DNA of 64,000 nt, taken from the sequence record MK327931.1; one strand, given 5' to 3'. Below are positions 12,953-23,283 of the stretch, piece by piece. The position numbers were made by a program, and so were the translations under genes. The notes under the pieces are model-generated. The model saw nothing but the letters and a program-made list of their open reading frames with translations, did not search any database and was not told the origin of the DNA. How positions within the stretch are numbered: position 1 is the first letter of the stretch; every line of letters starts with the position of its first letter.

Positions 12953-14473
12953 TCATTTCCTTTGATTTAACCATTGCTTCATTGCATGAACACGATCAGT
13001 ACCAGCATGTGTCTGTGGATTCTGTATTTCGTTTTGTGTCGTAGAGTTAGGAGCACTATCAGTATTTAGTGTTACTGTATTGTCAGGTTGCACAGATGGT
13101 GATTTAGCTGCACCAGAAAGCGAATGACGTAATGTTTGCATAGTGCTGGGTGGTAACGCCATGTTCCCTCCACCAATCTTAGAAACACCGCTGTGACGGA
13201 ATCCATTACCTTCGGTTTCCATTTGTTGTACTGTAGTTGCGTGGTCAAGAACTCTCAATGAATCAATATCATATGACATACGCAAACGGGAACCTACTGC
13301 ACTACTGTTACGTGTTTTTTGGAAATCAAACCATAGTTCGCCAGTTTCTTTTTTTGCTTCAATATAAATTACGTTATCAGCAGTATAAATTTTTGAAATA
13401 CCACCAGCAATCTGACTTTGACTTTTCTTATCTTCGTCCATACCACTACGGTTAAACTGAGATGCAGTGAAAACAGTCAAATCCATTTTGGATGCAAGAG
13501 CACGTAATTCTTCTGATACAAATTTATCTTTAGTAAATGTATTGGATTTATCATTTGGTCCAAGACGATTAGAAGTTAATAGATCCAAATAGTCCACGCA
13601 TACATAATCAAGTTTGATTTCCATCTTAATTTGTAATTCACGTAGATAACTTTCAATATCGTCTGTGGTTGTTACAGATTCAGGTAAGCGTTTAATACGC
13701 AACATACCACTGTTTTTACCTTCAACTTTAACAGCAAATCCAATCTTTTCAGCTTCATTTTTTACGTTACTGAGTTTTGATTCAGTCATCATACCATAGA
13801 TACGAACAGCAACCAACTCTTCAGCTAGTTCAAGTGAAATGTATGCACCATTCATTCCAGCTTTCGCAAAGTTAACTGCTAAATTTTGCAGTACTACTGA
13901 TTTACCACCACCTGATGCAGCAGCAAAGATCTCTAACTCTCTACGCCCAAATCCACCGAAAAGTTTGTAATCAAGAGTTTCCCAACCACTCTTAAATGAT
14001 CCTTGCATTGTACTGAGTGAGCGGATTGTATCTTCAGGGTTTTCAAAAATATCCAAACCTAACTCATTCTGTACCGTTACCAACATTGCTTCTCGGATTA
14101 GTTCTTCGATTCCACCATATTTTTTCTGATGGACAAGTTCCATTCCTTTTTCAACGGCTAAAGCTAATGCTTTATGGCGACAAAATTCACCACAGGTATC
14201 AAGTACTGATTGTTTATGTAATTCTTGAACTTCATATTGATCGTATTGATAACCACCTTTAACTTCAATATCTTTCAAAGTAGGTGATGAACTATATTTT
14301 GCAGCATAATCATGCACGTATTGAATACTTTCATGAAATGTTTTATCAAAATATTCTGGTTTAAGGATATTTTTACAACGTACATATAAATCAGGATTAC
14401 TGAAAATCTGAGATAATAAGTATTGTTGTGCATTAATCCCATATTGTTTCACATCCACTGTGCTTTGAATCAT
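12953..14473 (-). CDS. gp41: Replicative DnaB-like helicase
   Basis: Walker A AAASGGGKS, ISLELAEE, VDYLDLL, FTASQFNRSG, QKTRNSS. Confidence 0.93.
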   Translation of the reverse strand: MIQSTVDVKQYGINAQQYLLSQIFSNPDLYVRCKNILKPEYFDKTFHESIQYVHDYAAKYSSSPTLKDIEVKGGYQYDQYEVQELHKQSVLDTCGEFCRHKALALAVEKGMELVHQKKYGGIEELIREAMLVTVQNELGLDIFENPEDTIRSLSTMQGSFKSGWETLDYKLFGGFGRRELEIFAAASGGGKSVVLQNLAVNFAKAGMNGAYISLELAEELVAVRIYGMMTESKLSNVKNEAEKIGFAVKVEGKNSGMLRIKRLPESVTTTDDIESYLRELQIKMEIKLDYVCVDYLDLLTSNRLGPNDKSNTFTKDKFVSEELRALASKMDLTVFTASQFNRSGMDEDKKSQSQIAGGISKIYTADNVIYIEAKKETGELWFDFQKTRNSSAVGSRLRMSYDIDSLRVLDHATTVQQMETEGNGFRHSGVSKIGGGNMALPPSTMQTLRHSLSGAAKSPSVQPDNTVTLNTDSAPNSTTQNEIQNPQTHAGTDRVHAMKQWLNQRK

Positions 14474-14495
14474 CTATGTTCCCTCATTATATGTA

Positions 14496-15551
14496 TTACA
14501 TCCATTTATCCGTTTGAGCTTTAATATAAAATGGCTCATCTACTATACTATCATGTATTAATTGTAAACAAAATAACCTACCAAATCGTGCACAAGCTTC
14601 TTCAAAGTCTTTGATATGACGTATTGTACTACCTTCTCTTACAGCACCAAAGTCTGGGAAGGAAACACTGAATCCATTTTCAAGTGCTTGGTCTATAGTT
14701 ATTAATCCATCTTTATCTCTATCTGGAACAATAACTATTTTTTTACCTTTTTGCTGTGCATCTTTTAATACATCAATCTGTACGTTTGATAATTTAAAGT
14801 TATTAGCAGATACACCACCCATTAATGCTGCGTCTAACGGACCCTCACATACTAAAATTGTTTTTATTCGTTCATCTTTTAATAAATCATAGTTATATAG
14901 TATATTAGTACTTACTTGATTTATGAACCTGTATGTACTTCCAGGATCTTTTAATTTATGTCGTGCAGTATAACCAATAATTTTACCATTCATGAAATAT
15001 GGAATAATAAATCTGTCATACATTTTATGTTCTTTATTAGGTGACCAATATAATTCTAAGTCTAACAGATATGGGTTTCTTTCATTGACATTATGCAAAA
15101 CACTTATAAATTCTTGTGGAATTTTATCTTCAGGTAAAGAAGCCCATTCCCAAAATGTTTTTGCATTTGATGGCAAATCACGTACTGTTACTCGGTCATA
15201 CAATTTTGATGCAACAGTTTCTTGTGCAGCAAAATCACCGCTGTCAACCATTTCTTTAATATAAAACTTAACTAATTCTATTTCTTTATCTTGTGCACCA
15301 AAAGAAATGAGCAAAGACTCCATATCTTTGCTCATATATTTTCCTGGTTGCCAACCAGTTTTTAAACTACAGTTAAAGCAGTTATATGAAACGGAACCAT
15401 CTGCATTGAACATATGATTACCACGGTGCTTTGTATCCGGCCTTGAATGTCCTCTGAACACACAAGCTGGACAGTTGTGTTGTGACCATGTACCAATCGC
15501 AGGTACTGGATCATTCATAATTTGTGCCATTATGTTTTGTACAGCGTTCAT
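14496..15551 (-). CDS. gp61: DNA primase
   Basis: Zn ribbon CPAC...CFNC; TOPRIM CEGPLDA and PDRDKDG; next to the helicase. Confidence 0.92.
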   Translation of the reverse strand: MNAVQNIMAQIMNDPVPAIGTWSQHNCPACVFRGHSRPDTKHRGNHMFNADGSVSYNCFNCSLKTGWQPGKYMSKDMESLLISFGAQDKEIELVKFYIKEMVDSGDFAAQETVASKLYDRVTVRDLPSNAKTFWEWASLPEDKIPQEFISVLHNVNERNPYLLDLELYWSPNKEHKMYDRFIIPYFMNGKIIGYTARHKLKDPGSTYRFINQVSTNILYNYDLLKDERIKTILVCEGPLDAALMGGVSANNFKLSNVQIDVLKDAQQKGKKIVIVPDRDKDGLITIDQALENGFSVSFPDFGAVREGSTIRHIKDFEEACARFGRLFCLQLIHDSIVDEPFYIKAQTDKWM

Positions 15552-15580
15552 AAGTTAATCCTTGTCTTTTCTTACAAATG

Positions 15581-15608
15581 ATTATAGCACACCTTCTAGT
15601 TTTGTCTC
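15581..15608 (-). promoter_or_regulatory. Phage middle-like promoter (GAGACA-N16-TATAAT)
   Basis: tgagacaaaactagaaggtgtgctataat upstream of primase. Confidence 0.75.
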
Positions 15609-16650
15609 ATCTACGTATCAAAATTTTAGGTACTGTTAGGAAAGGGTCATACACTTTTCGGACAGCAGCATAGTCATATGGTACTGGAACAATTTTGGGA
15701 TGAATAGCAACCACCAAACGTAACCACATATAATTTCCTTTAAAATTAAATGCTTGTATTCCGTCAAGTTCTTTTGGAAAACCTTCTGAATCAATTCCAT
15801 TTTCAATATAATCCTTTCCATCTAATTTAATAATAAACCATTTATAGTTTTCATTATCATTAGGTACGTTGTTACACAAGCACCCTTGTAGCTGTATTCT
15901 ACCAATAAATTTATCAAAATAGATTGCAATACTACTTAATCCATCTACTAATCCAAACTGCATTTGTGCTGGTAGTGGAGTTGATGCGAGAATATCATAT
16001 TCACCAATCATACCATTTCCAATTGGTTCATGATATAAACGCTTTATAGTTGTCCATGCTGGATTTTTATTAACTGATATTTCAGTACTGGGGACAAATA
16101 CAGGTGCTGCTTGGTCTGAAATTATTAGCTCTGCTGATGCCTCAAAGTTCATCCCTGTATATAGATATTGTGTTGGTTCTATAAGTGAACCATCCATTGT
16201 TACTTTAGTAATGCTCCATCTATATTTTGAACCAGGACTGGTATCTTGAATAACTCCTGCTGGAACAATACATCCATAATATACTTTCTTTTTATTTCCT
16301 AATGTTTGTCTTGCTTGTCCACTTTCTGATAACCAACTGGGTTCTTGTTTTTCTAATACAACATCAAATAGTTTAGTATTATTTCGTGCATCAAAAATCA
16401 TAAATGTAAGATATTCATTATCTTTCAATAAAGTATATTTTCCATCAGCGTTGTGAACAGTAAAAGATAAATTATTATTTGCCCCTCTATATATAGTTAG
16501 TTTTTCATTGCTATATGGCATATTAAAATTGCCCAATGATACTTCCTGATTATAAGGGTACATAAACACGCCGTGATGAGCCATAGTTTTTCCTTCCATA
16601 AATAATAGGTATAAATTTATACTAATATTTATGGAACTAATATGAATCAA
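15607..16650 (-). CDS. Hypothetical protein, probably virion-associated (probable start 16584)
   Basis: Beta-rich; SD before ATG 16584; ATAAATA late-like element near 16626-16632. Confidence 0.55.
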   Translation of the reverse strand: MIHISSINISINLYLLFMEGKTMAHHGVFMYPYNQEVSLGNFNMPYSNEKLTIYRGANNNLSFTVHNADGKYTLLKDNEYLTFMIFDARNNTKLFDVVLEKQEPSWLSESGQARQTLGNKKKVYYGCIVPAGVIQDTSPGSKYRWSITKVTMDGSLIEPTQYLYTGMNFEASAELIISDQAAPVFVPSTEISVNKNPAWTTIKRLYHEPIGNGMIGEYDILASTPLPAQMQFGLVDGLSSIAIYFDKFIGRIQLQGCLCNNVPNDNENYKWFIIKLDGKDYIENGIDSEGFPKELDGIQAFNFKGNYMWLRLVVAIHPKIVPVPYDYAAVRKVYDPFLTVPKILIRR

Positions 16651-16995
16651 TATAACACTATTCCACCATTCATTACTGTAATCCAGTATGATGGTAAAAC
16701 GTTTGTTGGTATCATCAAAATCAAAAGCAAACAGTATACAACTCTTTACTGTTTCGATGATATGGATGATTCAATGCAAGACGAATTGTTAGGTATAGCA
16801 CACGATTGGTGGTGGCAAAGTAATAGAACCATTCCAGTTTGTCTATTCTTTCAAGAAGAGATGGAGAAATTTGAACCGTACACACAGAGATTCGATACAC
16901 CGTCGGTGAATTTCGTATGTGGTCCAGTAGTTTCTTTAAGCAATTTGCCACAGAAACGCATCAAGCGTCGTAATGTGGCTCTTAAGAAGAAGTAA
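16642..16995 (+). CDS. Hypothetical protein (lone plus-strand gene)
   Basis: 117 aa; divergent from the previous gene; CATAAATA element at 16597-16604. Confidence 0.6.
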   Translation: MNQYNTIPPFITVIQYDGKTFVGIIKIKSKQYTTLYCFDDMDDSMQDELLGIAHDWWWQSNRTIPVCLFFQEEMEKFEPYTQRFDTPSVNFVCGPVVSLSNLPQKRIKRRNVALKKK

Positions 16996-17620
16996 GATGT
17001 TCAACTAAAGCATTTAGTTGTACAACAATCATTAAGCTATATGCGTAAGCATGTGGCTTTTTGAAATATCGTAATTTATTTCCTGCTTGGTCAGTGCCTA
17101 TAGTACTATAATCCCATATGGTAGCTTTAACTTCGTCCCATGTGTTCATACTTTGGCACTGCCTTTTTCCTGGGCGAATCATTGCAATAAACATTGCTAG
17201 TTCGTCTATAGATTTAGGCTTCCATACATTTAATAAAGTTACATGTTTTTTAATTTGCGATAGATGTTCTACAATTTCGGGTTCTAACAATAGATCCCAA
17301 TTTGGTTCCTGATTCATTAGTTCTTTTAAATGCTCTCTATCACGAACATACATGTAAGCTGACTGTGAAAGAATATCAACTTTTTGATACCCTAACCTTT
17401 CAGCTTCTTTATATTGTATACTTGCCAATCCAGTGATTGGATCAATAGGTATATTATCAAAATGAACACCACTATTATGGGGGATTAAACCATCCTCCGT
17501 AATTTTTTCAGTACTTCGCACACATGGAAGTTTAGCGATTACGCTTTTACTATCCTTGAAGTCAATGTCAATATCAGTTCGGGCTTTTCTATAATGTTTA
17601 GAATCGGTCGAATCCTGCAT
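16982..17620 (-). CDS. Minimal DNA polymerase III alpha (DnaE)-like protein
   Basis: TDIDIDF, HNSGVHF, KVDIL, ELAMFIAMIRPG and FKKPHAYAY match DnaE palm/finger motifs in order; only 212 aa. Confidence 0.8.
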   Translation of the reverse strand: MQDSTDSKHYRKARTDIDIDFKDSKSVIAKLPCVRSTEKITEDGLIPHNSGVHFDNIPIDPITGLASIQYKEAERLGYQKVDILSQSAYMYVRDREHLKELMNQEPNWDLLLEPEIVEHLSQIKKHVTLLNVWKPKSIDELAMFIAMIRPGKRQCQSMNTWDEVKATIWDYSTIGTDQAGNKLRYFKKPHAYAYSLMIVVQLNALVEHLTSS

Positions 17621-17927
17621 TTTTTATTTGCTCCTGTAACTGTTTAACTGTATTAGTCAAAGTTGATATTTGATTCTCTAATAATCTACAATTTTGTTTT
17701 GTCTTTGCCAATTCTTGACTTAAACTGAAAAAGCGTTCTTCGTGTCTTTCTACCAAAGAAATAATTTTTTCAATACGAGCAGGATCATGAACTTGAAATG
17801 TTTTACCATCTAAAGTTATTTCAGTAATAGATCCTTGTCTAAGTAGAGATATTTGTTTTGATTTTTGTTCTTTAGGTACAGGTACATACCCTTCTGGTAT
17901 TTTATTATATATACTTTTTCCATTCAT
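17598..17927 (-). CDS. Hypothetical coiled-coil protein
   Basis: Heptad pattern in the C-terminal half. Confidence 0.6.
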   Translation of the reverse strand: MNGKSIYNKIPEGYVPVPKEQKSKQISLLRQGSITEITLDGKTFQVHDPARIEKIISLVERHEERFFSLSQELAKTKQNCRLLENQISTLTNTVKQLQEQIKNAGFDRF

Positions 17928-18634
17928 AATCCTGCCTCACATAGCATAATCTTAATTTCATCACAATCCTTTTTGTATTTTATAGTTTTGATTTCAAAAT
18001 AACTTGGATCGATGTATTTAAGTATATATTCAATTTCTGAGTTTGATAGTTTTTTAAAAAACTTATTAGTACTTTTTTTAGGAGCAAGCCAGATAATCCA
18101 AGGTGAAATTTTACCACTCTCAATCCATGCAATTGCACGGGCAGAACTTACATTTTCAAAGAAAGTATTCCATTGTACATTCAAATTTTCAGCCCATTCA
18201 ACCAGTGAGATAACACTTCTTGCAATTGCTTCTTTTGGGTGCTCGGCACGAATTGTTTTTAATATCCATTCATCTTTTGCTTTATATGTACTCCATTCCG
18301 TGATTGGTTTGTTATTGATAATCAAGTACTTTACAAACTCGTCCACATTAATAATATCTCTATTATTCAAATAGTATTCGGCAAAACTATAAAAATCATT
18401 AAAGTACTTTGACTTTATAAAAGCAATAAAAGGCTCTACGCCTTTTTTAAATGGGAACTTATTCAATTCCATAAATTGCATATATATACGAAAAGCCTCC
18501 ATCATCTGGCGGCTTTGGCGGTCTTCGTATCGGTCACGTTTTATACATTTATGTGTGTTTACAGTTTCTTCACGTTTAAATTCACGATCACAAAATCTAC
18601 AGGTATATACTTTATTACTTGATTTCTTTGCCAT
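17924..18634 (-). CDS. Hypothetical protein with N-terminal C2H2/C2HC-type zinc finger
   Basis: YTCRFCDREFKREETVNTHKC. Confidence 0.65.
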   Translation of the reverse strand: MAKKSSNKVYTCRFCDREFKREETVNTHKCIKRDRYEDRQSRQMMEAFRIYMQFMELNKFPFKKGVEPFIAFIKSKYFNDFYSFAEYYLNNRDIINVDEFVKYLIINNKPITEWSTYKAKDEWILKTIRAEHPKEAIARSVISLVEWAENLNVQWNTFFENVSSARAIAWIESGKISPWIIWLAPKKSTNKFFKKLSNSEIEYILKYIDPSYFEIKTIKYKKDCDEIKIMLCEAGL

Positions 18635-19460
18635 ATTTTTTACATTCTTCTTTAAACAATTTCATCATAGATTTCTTTTCATTATCTTGAAAACCATTAT
18701 TGTCAAGAAATGTCTCAAATGTTTTTTTATCATACTGCAATAGAACAATTTTGTACTCATCTTCATTCATTTGAGTAGATATAGTATCAGGTTGTGAGCT
18801 TTTAATTAACTCAAATAATTCGTTATTTGCCTTTTTGAAATTCTTAGAAAAGTTTAACCAGTTACGTGGCATTTCTTGTCCACCAATCATATCATGGACT
18901 GAACACATAAGCTGATATACTAATTCTGGATGTTCTTTCATATCCCAAAATCCATCATTAACCATATCATTTAGCATAATAAGTTGGTATTTGACAACTT
19001 CAGTATCTACTAATGAAACAATTTCTGAACCTGATACGCCAAATTCGACCATTGAGGATATTAATTTTTGTGCGTCATCTTTTGATTGGACTGCAAATTT
19101 AATACGCCAATCATAATCACTATGACAGTACTTAGTTACTGATGAAACATTTGTCCCTGAAGACTTTAATTCAGTAACTAGTTCAGTCAGTGCTTCTTTA
19201 CCACCAGATTTCCATTTTCCAAATACACTTTCAACTTTACTACTAGGGTAGGTTACTTGTAACGAATCATCTAAAGAGCTTACCCATCGCAAAACAGTAT
19301 ATGGAGTAAACTCTTTTCGTTCTTTTTCGGTCATGTCATTATAGTACTTATAATCAGCACGGTCAATGTGTTTTAGAAATTCAGCAATAGAAAAAGAATG
19401 CTGTGTTGGTTTTTCATCATCATCGACCGACTTATTTTTAATATCACTGAAATCAAACAC
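18615..19460 (-). CDS. Putative clamp-loader small subunit (gp62-like)
   Basis: YY......RKEFTPYTVLRWVSS and HPELVYQLM resemble gp62-family motifs; central insertion. Confidence 0.45.
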   Translation of the reverse strand: MFDFSDIKNKSVDDDEKPTQHSFSIAEFLKHIDRADYKYYNDMTEKERKEFTPYTVLRWVSSLDDSLQVTYPSSKVESVFGKWKSGGKEALTELVTELKSSGTNVSSVTKYCHSDYDWRIKFAVQSKDDAQKLISSMVEFGVSGSEIVSLVDTEVVKYQLIMLNDMVNDGFWDMKEHPELVYQLMCSVHDMIGGQEMPRNWLNFSKNFKKANNELFELIKSSQPDTISTQMNEDEYKIVLLQYDKKTFETFLDNNGFQDNEKKSMMKLFKEECKKYGKEIK

Positions 19461-19464
19461 TATT

Positions 19465-19962
19465 TTATACTCCTAGATACAAATCTTGAATTTTTTCGTT
19501 TTCATCTGCAAAGTACACACATGGTGGATTTTCACCACTATGTAGTGGGACGCATAGTAAATTCTTTTTAGGTAACATTGGTATCTGCCACTTTGTAGTT
19601 AATGCAAATACACGTAGTACTTTGACTGGTTCAAACTTAGGATACATTGAACGGATAGGATTGTAAACAAAAGCTTTTGGTTCTTTCATGTTAAGAATGT
19701 TTTCAATTGTACACATCTCAACCATACCAGTTTCTTCATCACCTAACATAATTTGCCATCCTAGAGGCACTTGAATAATCTTTTCACCAATTTGAAGATC
19801 AGCACTAATACTATTAAATGATACGGTGTTTAGAATATGTCTAAAATAAAAATCAGATTCACCATTTGGGCTTAGATCCAAAACACAATACATTTCTTCA
19901 GGGATATGTTCTGTTACTAAATCCATGTCAAAAGAATTATTTTCAGGTGTTAATACGTTCAT
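19465..19962 (-). CDS. Hypothetical protein
   Basis: 165-aa ORF in the operon. Confidence 0.65.
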   Translation of the reverse strand: MNVLTPENNSFDMDLVTEHIPEEMYCVLDLSPNGESDFYFRHILNTVSFNSISADLQIGEKIIQVPLGWQIMLGDEETGMVEMCTIENILNMKEPKAFVYNPIRSMYPKFEPVKVLRVFALTTKWQIPMLPKKNLLCVPLHSGENPPCVYFADENEKIQDLYLGV

Positions 19963-19971
19963 GTCATCTCC

Positions 19972-20400
19972 TTAGTACTGCGAATCTTCTTCGTCATCAT
20001 AATATTCTTCATCATCTTGGTCTTCTACCCCATAAAATTCAAGTCCATAAGTTTCACACATCTCTTGAATTTTATCTACATCAGTATCCAGATATGAATC
20101 AAAATTACCACTTAGACTTACTACATCAATAAAAGTTTTCGTGTCAGTACTTGCATAGATGATATCATATTTCAATGATTCTACTTTAGAATCAATTCGT
20201 GTCTGTAATTCATAGATATTAATCCAAGAATCACTATCAATATTACATCTCCATACGTTAGTATCATCCGTTTCTAGCTCAGGTATATAGTCAAGAGAAG
20301 ATACCATGTCATCCATAATACCATCATCGTTCAACAATACATCCATAACTTCTAAAGTTTCTTGGTCACAAATAAAAGCAATACTAGATCTCAATTCCAT
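19972..20400 (-). CDS. Hypothetical acidic protein
   Basis: 142 aa, directly after a class promoter. Confidence 0.65.
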   Translation of the reverse strand: MELRSSIAFICDQETLEVMDVLLNDDGIMDDMVSSLDYIPELETDDTNVWRCNIDSDSWINIYELQTRIDSKVESLKYDIIYASTDTKTFIDVVSLSGNFDSYLDTDVDKIQEMCETYGLEFYGVEDQDDEEYYDDEEDSQY

Positions 20401-20434
20401 TTTATTTTACATCCTTGTTGTTGTCATATGACAC

Positions 20435-20462
20435 ATTATATCACAAACAGCGGGTTTATCCC
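20435..20462 (-). promoter_or_regulatory. Phage middle-like promoter (GGGATA-N16-TATAAT) overlapping the uvsW 3' hairpin
   Basis: cgggataaacccgctgtttgtgatataat; hairpin CAGCGGG-tttat-CCCGCTG at 20448-20466. Confidence 0.6.
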
Positions 20463-21940
20463 GCTGTGTTTTCCCAATCTTTAACATCTATTATACTATG
20501 AGGATATTGTGCTTCCTTATAGTAAGCTAAACGTTCTCGTAAATGCTTAGCACTATACTTATTAGAACCACTAATATCATATATTTCTACGTGGTCTTTA
20601 TCTTCTGCTCGGCGTAATCCACGTCCAATTGACTGTATAGTTCTTACAAAACTTTTTCCTGGCTCAATCAATACTACATTATATAACCTTGAAATACTAA
20701 TACCAGTACTGGCAACGCCGTATGTCGCAATAAGTATTTTATTATCAGCCCAACGAATTTCACCATAAGATGATTCTCGATCTTTCTTTTTAGTTTCTCC
20801 ACGAACGAATTCTGATTTGGGAATGCCTAAAAATTCACATAGCAACTCACCTGCTTCAAGTCTATCTACTAAAACTAAAGTGTTTCCTGATTCAGATAAC
20901 GCAGATATCAATGACGCTACATATGCCATCCTATCTCTGTCAGTTACTAAGTATTTCAACTCTTCAGCATATGATGCAAACTTCATACTACTTTTTAGTT
21001 TGATGCAATTCACATTACATGTACTTAGTATTTGTTTATCTTGTAATTCCTTTGCAGTTATTTTAAATATAACATCACCAACATTACATTTGATTTTCGC
21101 GGCAACTACCGGATCTTTAGGAATTGTTCCAGTAAGACCCCAACGTAATGGTACGTTATTCATAACTTTAGAAAGTACTTGAACTAATGCGTCACCGCCT
21201 GCACCTTGACACTCATCAACGATAACACAAACTACTCCATCGATAAAATCATTCACGTCTTGTTCAGTTAATTCAATTTCACCTTTCTTGGTTTTCTTCC
21301 ATAGAGAGTTAAATGATTGCCAAGTCGTAATAGTATGTTGGTGACCAAAATCTTTTTGTGAACCATAGAACATGCCAGTATCCAACCCACACATAATGTA
21401 GTCATCATATGTTTGTTGTACTAAGTCAGTACTTGGTACTATTATAACAGAACGTCCATACTCTTGCACTTTCTTTGACAATGCAGCAGTAATGAGAGTT
21501 TTACCTGCACCAGTAGCTGCCAATAGCAGTCCGTGTGGATTAGCCAAACATGCATTAACCGCATTAACTTGATGTTCACGTAGTTTTATGGATTTACCTT
21601 CCATGTGGTGTCCTGCACCGAATACAACATCACTAAAAATATCTTCATCAATGGGGTCAAATTTAAATCCATAATCTACCCTATGATCTACTAATTCAAT
21701 GTCAATCTTAGCTTCATCAAGAATAGGCAATAACTTATCTAACATATGATAATAAGTTGTTCCGCCTAAATTCATAAACTGAACTTTACCATCCCAACGT
21801 CCAATACGTCCTGCTGGTGTGAACTTTGCATATGGTAACACATATTCAGTTGCACGAATCATCTTTTGTCTAATTGAGGGATCAAGTCCCTCAAATTTAC
21901 AATTCACCTCATCCAATAAGGTTAACTTACAAGTTTTCAT
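20456..21940 (-). CDS. uvsW: UvsW-like SF2 DNA helicase
   Basis: LREHQ, ATGAGKT, VDECQ, GLTGT, STGISI, QSIGRGLR. Confidence 0.92.
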   Translation of the reverse strand: MKTCKLTLLDEVNCKFEGLDPSIRQKMIRATEYVLPYAKFTPAGRIGRWDGKVQFMNLGGTTYYHMLDKLLPILDEAKIDIELVDHRVDYGFKFDPIDEDIFSDVVFGAGHHMEGKSIKLREHQVNAVNACLANPHGLLLAATGAGKTLITAALSKKVQEYGRSVIIVPSTDLVQQTYDDYIMCGLDTGMFYGSQKDFGHQHTITTWQSFNSLWKKTKKGEIELTEQDVNDFIDGVVCVIVDECQGAGGDALVQVLSKVMNNVPLRWGLTGTIPKDPVVAAKIKCNVGDVIFKITAKELQDKQILSTCNVNCIKLKSSMKFASYAEELKYLVTDRDRMAYVASLISALSESGNTLVLVDRLEAGELLCEFLGIPKSEFVRGETKKKDRESSYGEIRWADNKILIATYGVASTGISISRLYNVVLIEPGKSFVRTIQSIGRGLRRAEDKDHVEIYDISGSNKYSAKHLRERLAYYKEAQYPHSIIDVKDWENTAG

Positions 21941-21955
21941 CCATGATTACCTTTA

Positions 21956-22774
21956 TTAATTAGTTCGAGTATTATATTCGTACTCAAATGTATATACTAA
22001 ATCTTTATCACAGTTAGGGTTACTTGCATCTAAAATGTCACTATTAGTAATCATCCATTCAATGTAATTCAATGGAACTGTACTCATTGGCTCACCTTTG
22101 TGTTTACCAAATGGCATGAATTGATAACGCATTGGTGTGTTGCAGAAAGTTACAATTTGCTCACCAATATCACCATTAGGTTCGATATGTCCACGTTCGA
22201 TTGCAATTTCAACTAATTTGATTAGAACCTGATAACACATAAACACATCGTCTTTTGCTGCGTGTGCATTAACAGGTCGATGAACATCACGATAACATCC
22301 AAACTTATACCACAAATAACTTAGAGTTAAGTTTTTAAATTCAATATCTTCTGCGAACATTTTCTTAGCAAGACGAAGGGTACAAATCCATTTATTTTCA
22401 TCAAGTAAGTACTGTGAAATTGAGTTACGATATTTATATTCGTTATCTACCATCATTCTACGGTCAAATTGTACATTATGACCAACAAAATACTTACGGC
22501 ATCCCATAAGTGCATCAATGTTATCTAAATCATCTTTATACCCAACACAATTAGCTACATCCTCAGTACTGATAAAGTGCACAGCAGATGCCTCTGGTGG
22601 AATATCTTTCAAGGGTTTGTATCTCAATGTATAGTTATCAATAGTATCAATGTTTTCATGTGAAGTATGTGGATACGAGATACTAAATTCAATAATATCA
22701 TCTTCACTCTCAACCCCAGTAGTTTCAGTATCTAGAACTGCTACATTTGATAAAAACTCATTTAATTTTGTCAT
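21956..22774 (-). CDS. DEDDh 3'-5' exonuclease (DnaQ/ExoX-like)
   Basis: LDTETTG, VGHNVQFD, AHAAKDD; C-terminal MPFGKHKG module as in ExoX. Confidence 0.9.
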   Translation of the reverse strand: MTKLNEFLSNVAVLDTETTGVESEDDIIEFSISYPHTSHENIDTIDNYTLRYKPLKDIPPEASAVHFISTEDVANCVGYKDDLDNIDALMGCRKYFVGHNVQFDRRMMVDNEYKYRNSISQYLLDENKWICTLRLAKKMFAEDIEFKNLTLSYLWYKFGCYRDVHRPVNAHAAKDDVFMCYQVLIKLVEIAIERGHIEPNGDIGEQIVTFCNTPMRYQFMPFGKHKGEPMSTVPLNYIEWMITNSDILDASNPNCDKDLVYTFEYEYNTRTN

Positions 22775-22788
22775 TTTATTCTCGCATA

Positions 22789-22813
22789 GAAAAAGGACGC
22801 GATATGCGTCCTT
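22789..22813 (-). terminator. Intrinsic terminator after uvsY
   Basis: AGGACGC-atatc-GCGTCCT-TTTTC. Confidence 0.75.
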
Positions 22814-22821
22814 AATGATAA

Positions 22822-23283
22822 TTATTCTAAACGTGCATCCTCAATACCAGCGGCACGTAGTCTCACAATATTGTTTAACTGAAAAGCTTTCATCTCTAAG
22901 GATTTAACAATACTTGAATATGTATTTCTTATATAAGATACCTCGTTTATAAGTTCTGCTAACTCACAAACATCTTTATCACCTTCAACATACTTTTTAC
23001 AGTCAGATGAAGATAGTGCACGGCGGTATCCTTCGAGAAAGTATTTGAACTTCTCGGCTTGTACCTGACGCATTTCAATTTCTAACATTTCCAATACTGC
23101 TTCAAGTTCTTGAAGCTGGCTTAGACGCGTCTCATGCCAGCCAGGAATCTCTTGAGCAATTTTTTCAATGATGCCAATCTTCTTTACTTCACGACGAGCT
23201 TCTTCAACTTCGTTGTTAAAGAACTCAATCATTTCAATAATTTTAGATTTATCATCTTTGATAATCCAATGCCAAGGTTTCAT
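22822..23283 (-). CDS. uvsY: Recombination mediator UvsY
   Basis: Helical 153 aa, Y.EGDKDV...NEV...K.LEMKAFQLNNIV.L..AG; directly after uvsX. Confidence 0.8.
   Translation of the reverse strand: MKPWHWIIKDDKSKIIEMIEFFNNEVEEARREVKKIGIIEKIAQEIPGWHETRLSQLQELEAVLEMLEIEMRQVQAEKFKYFLEGYRRALSSSDCKKYVEGDKDVCELAELINEVSYIRNTYSSIVKSLEMKAFQLNNIVRLRAAGIEDARLE

Noticed and set aside
17580-17625. The upstream ORF ends in GFDRF*, resembling the DnaE FERF motif that precedes DIDIDF, which suggests a fused or frameshifted gene
   Set aside because: The rest of the upstream ORF is an unrelated coiled coil, and the mini-DnaE has its own GGAG SD and ATG. Probably coincidence, though worth a glance in orthologue alignments.
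20456-21940. UvsW Walker B reads DECQ rather than DExH
   Set aside because: The catalytic D-E pair and all other motifs are intact; a single substitution is too little to claim altered function.
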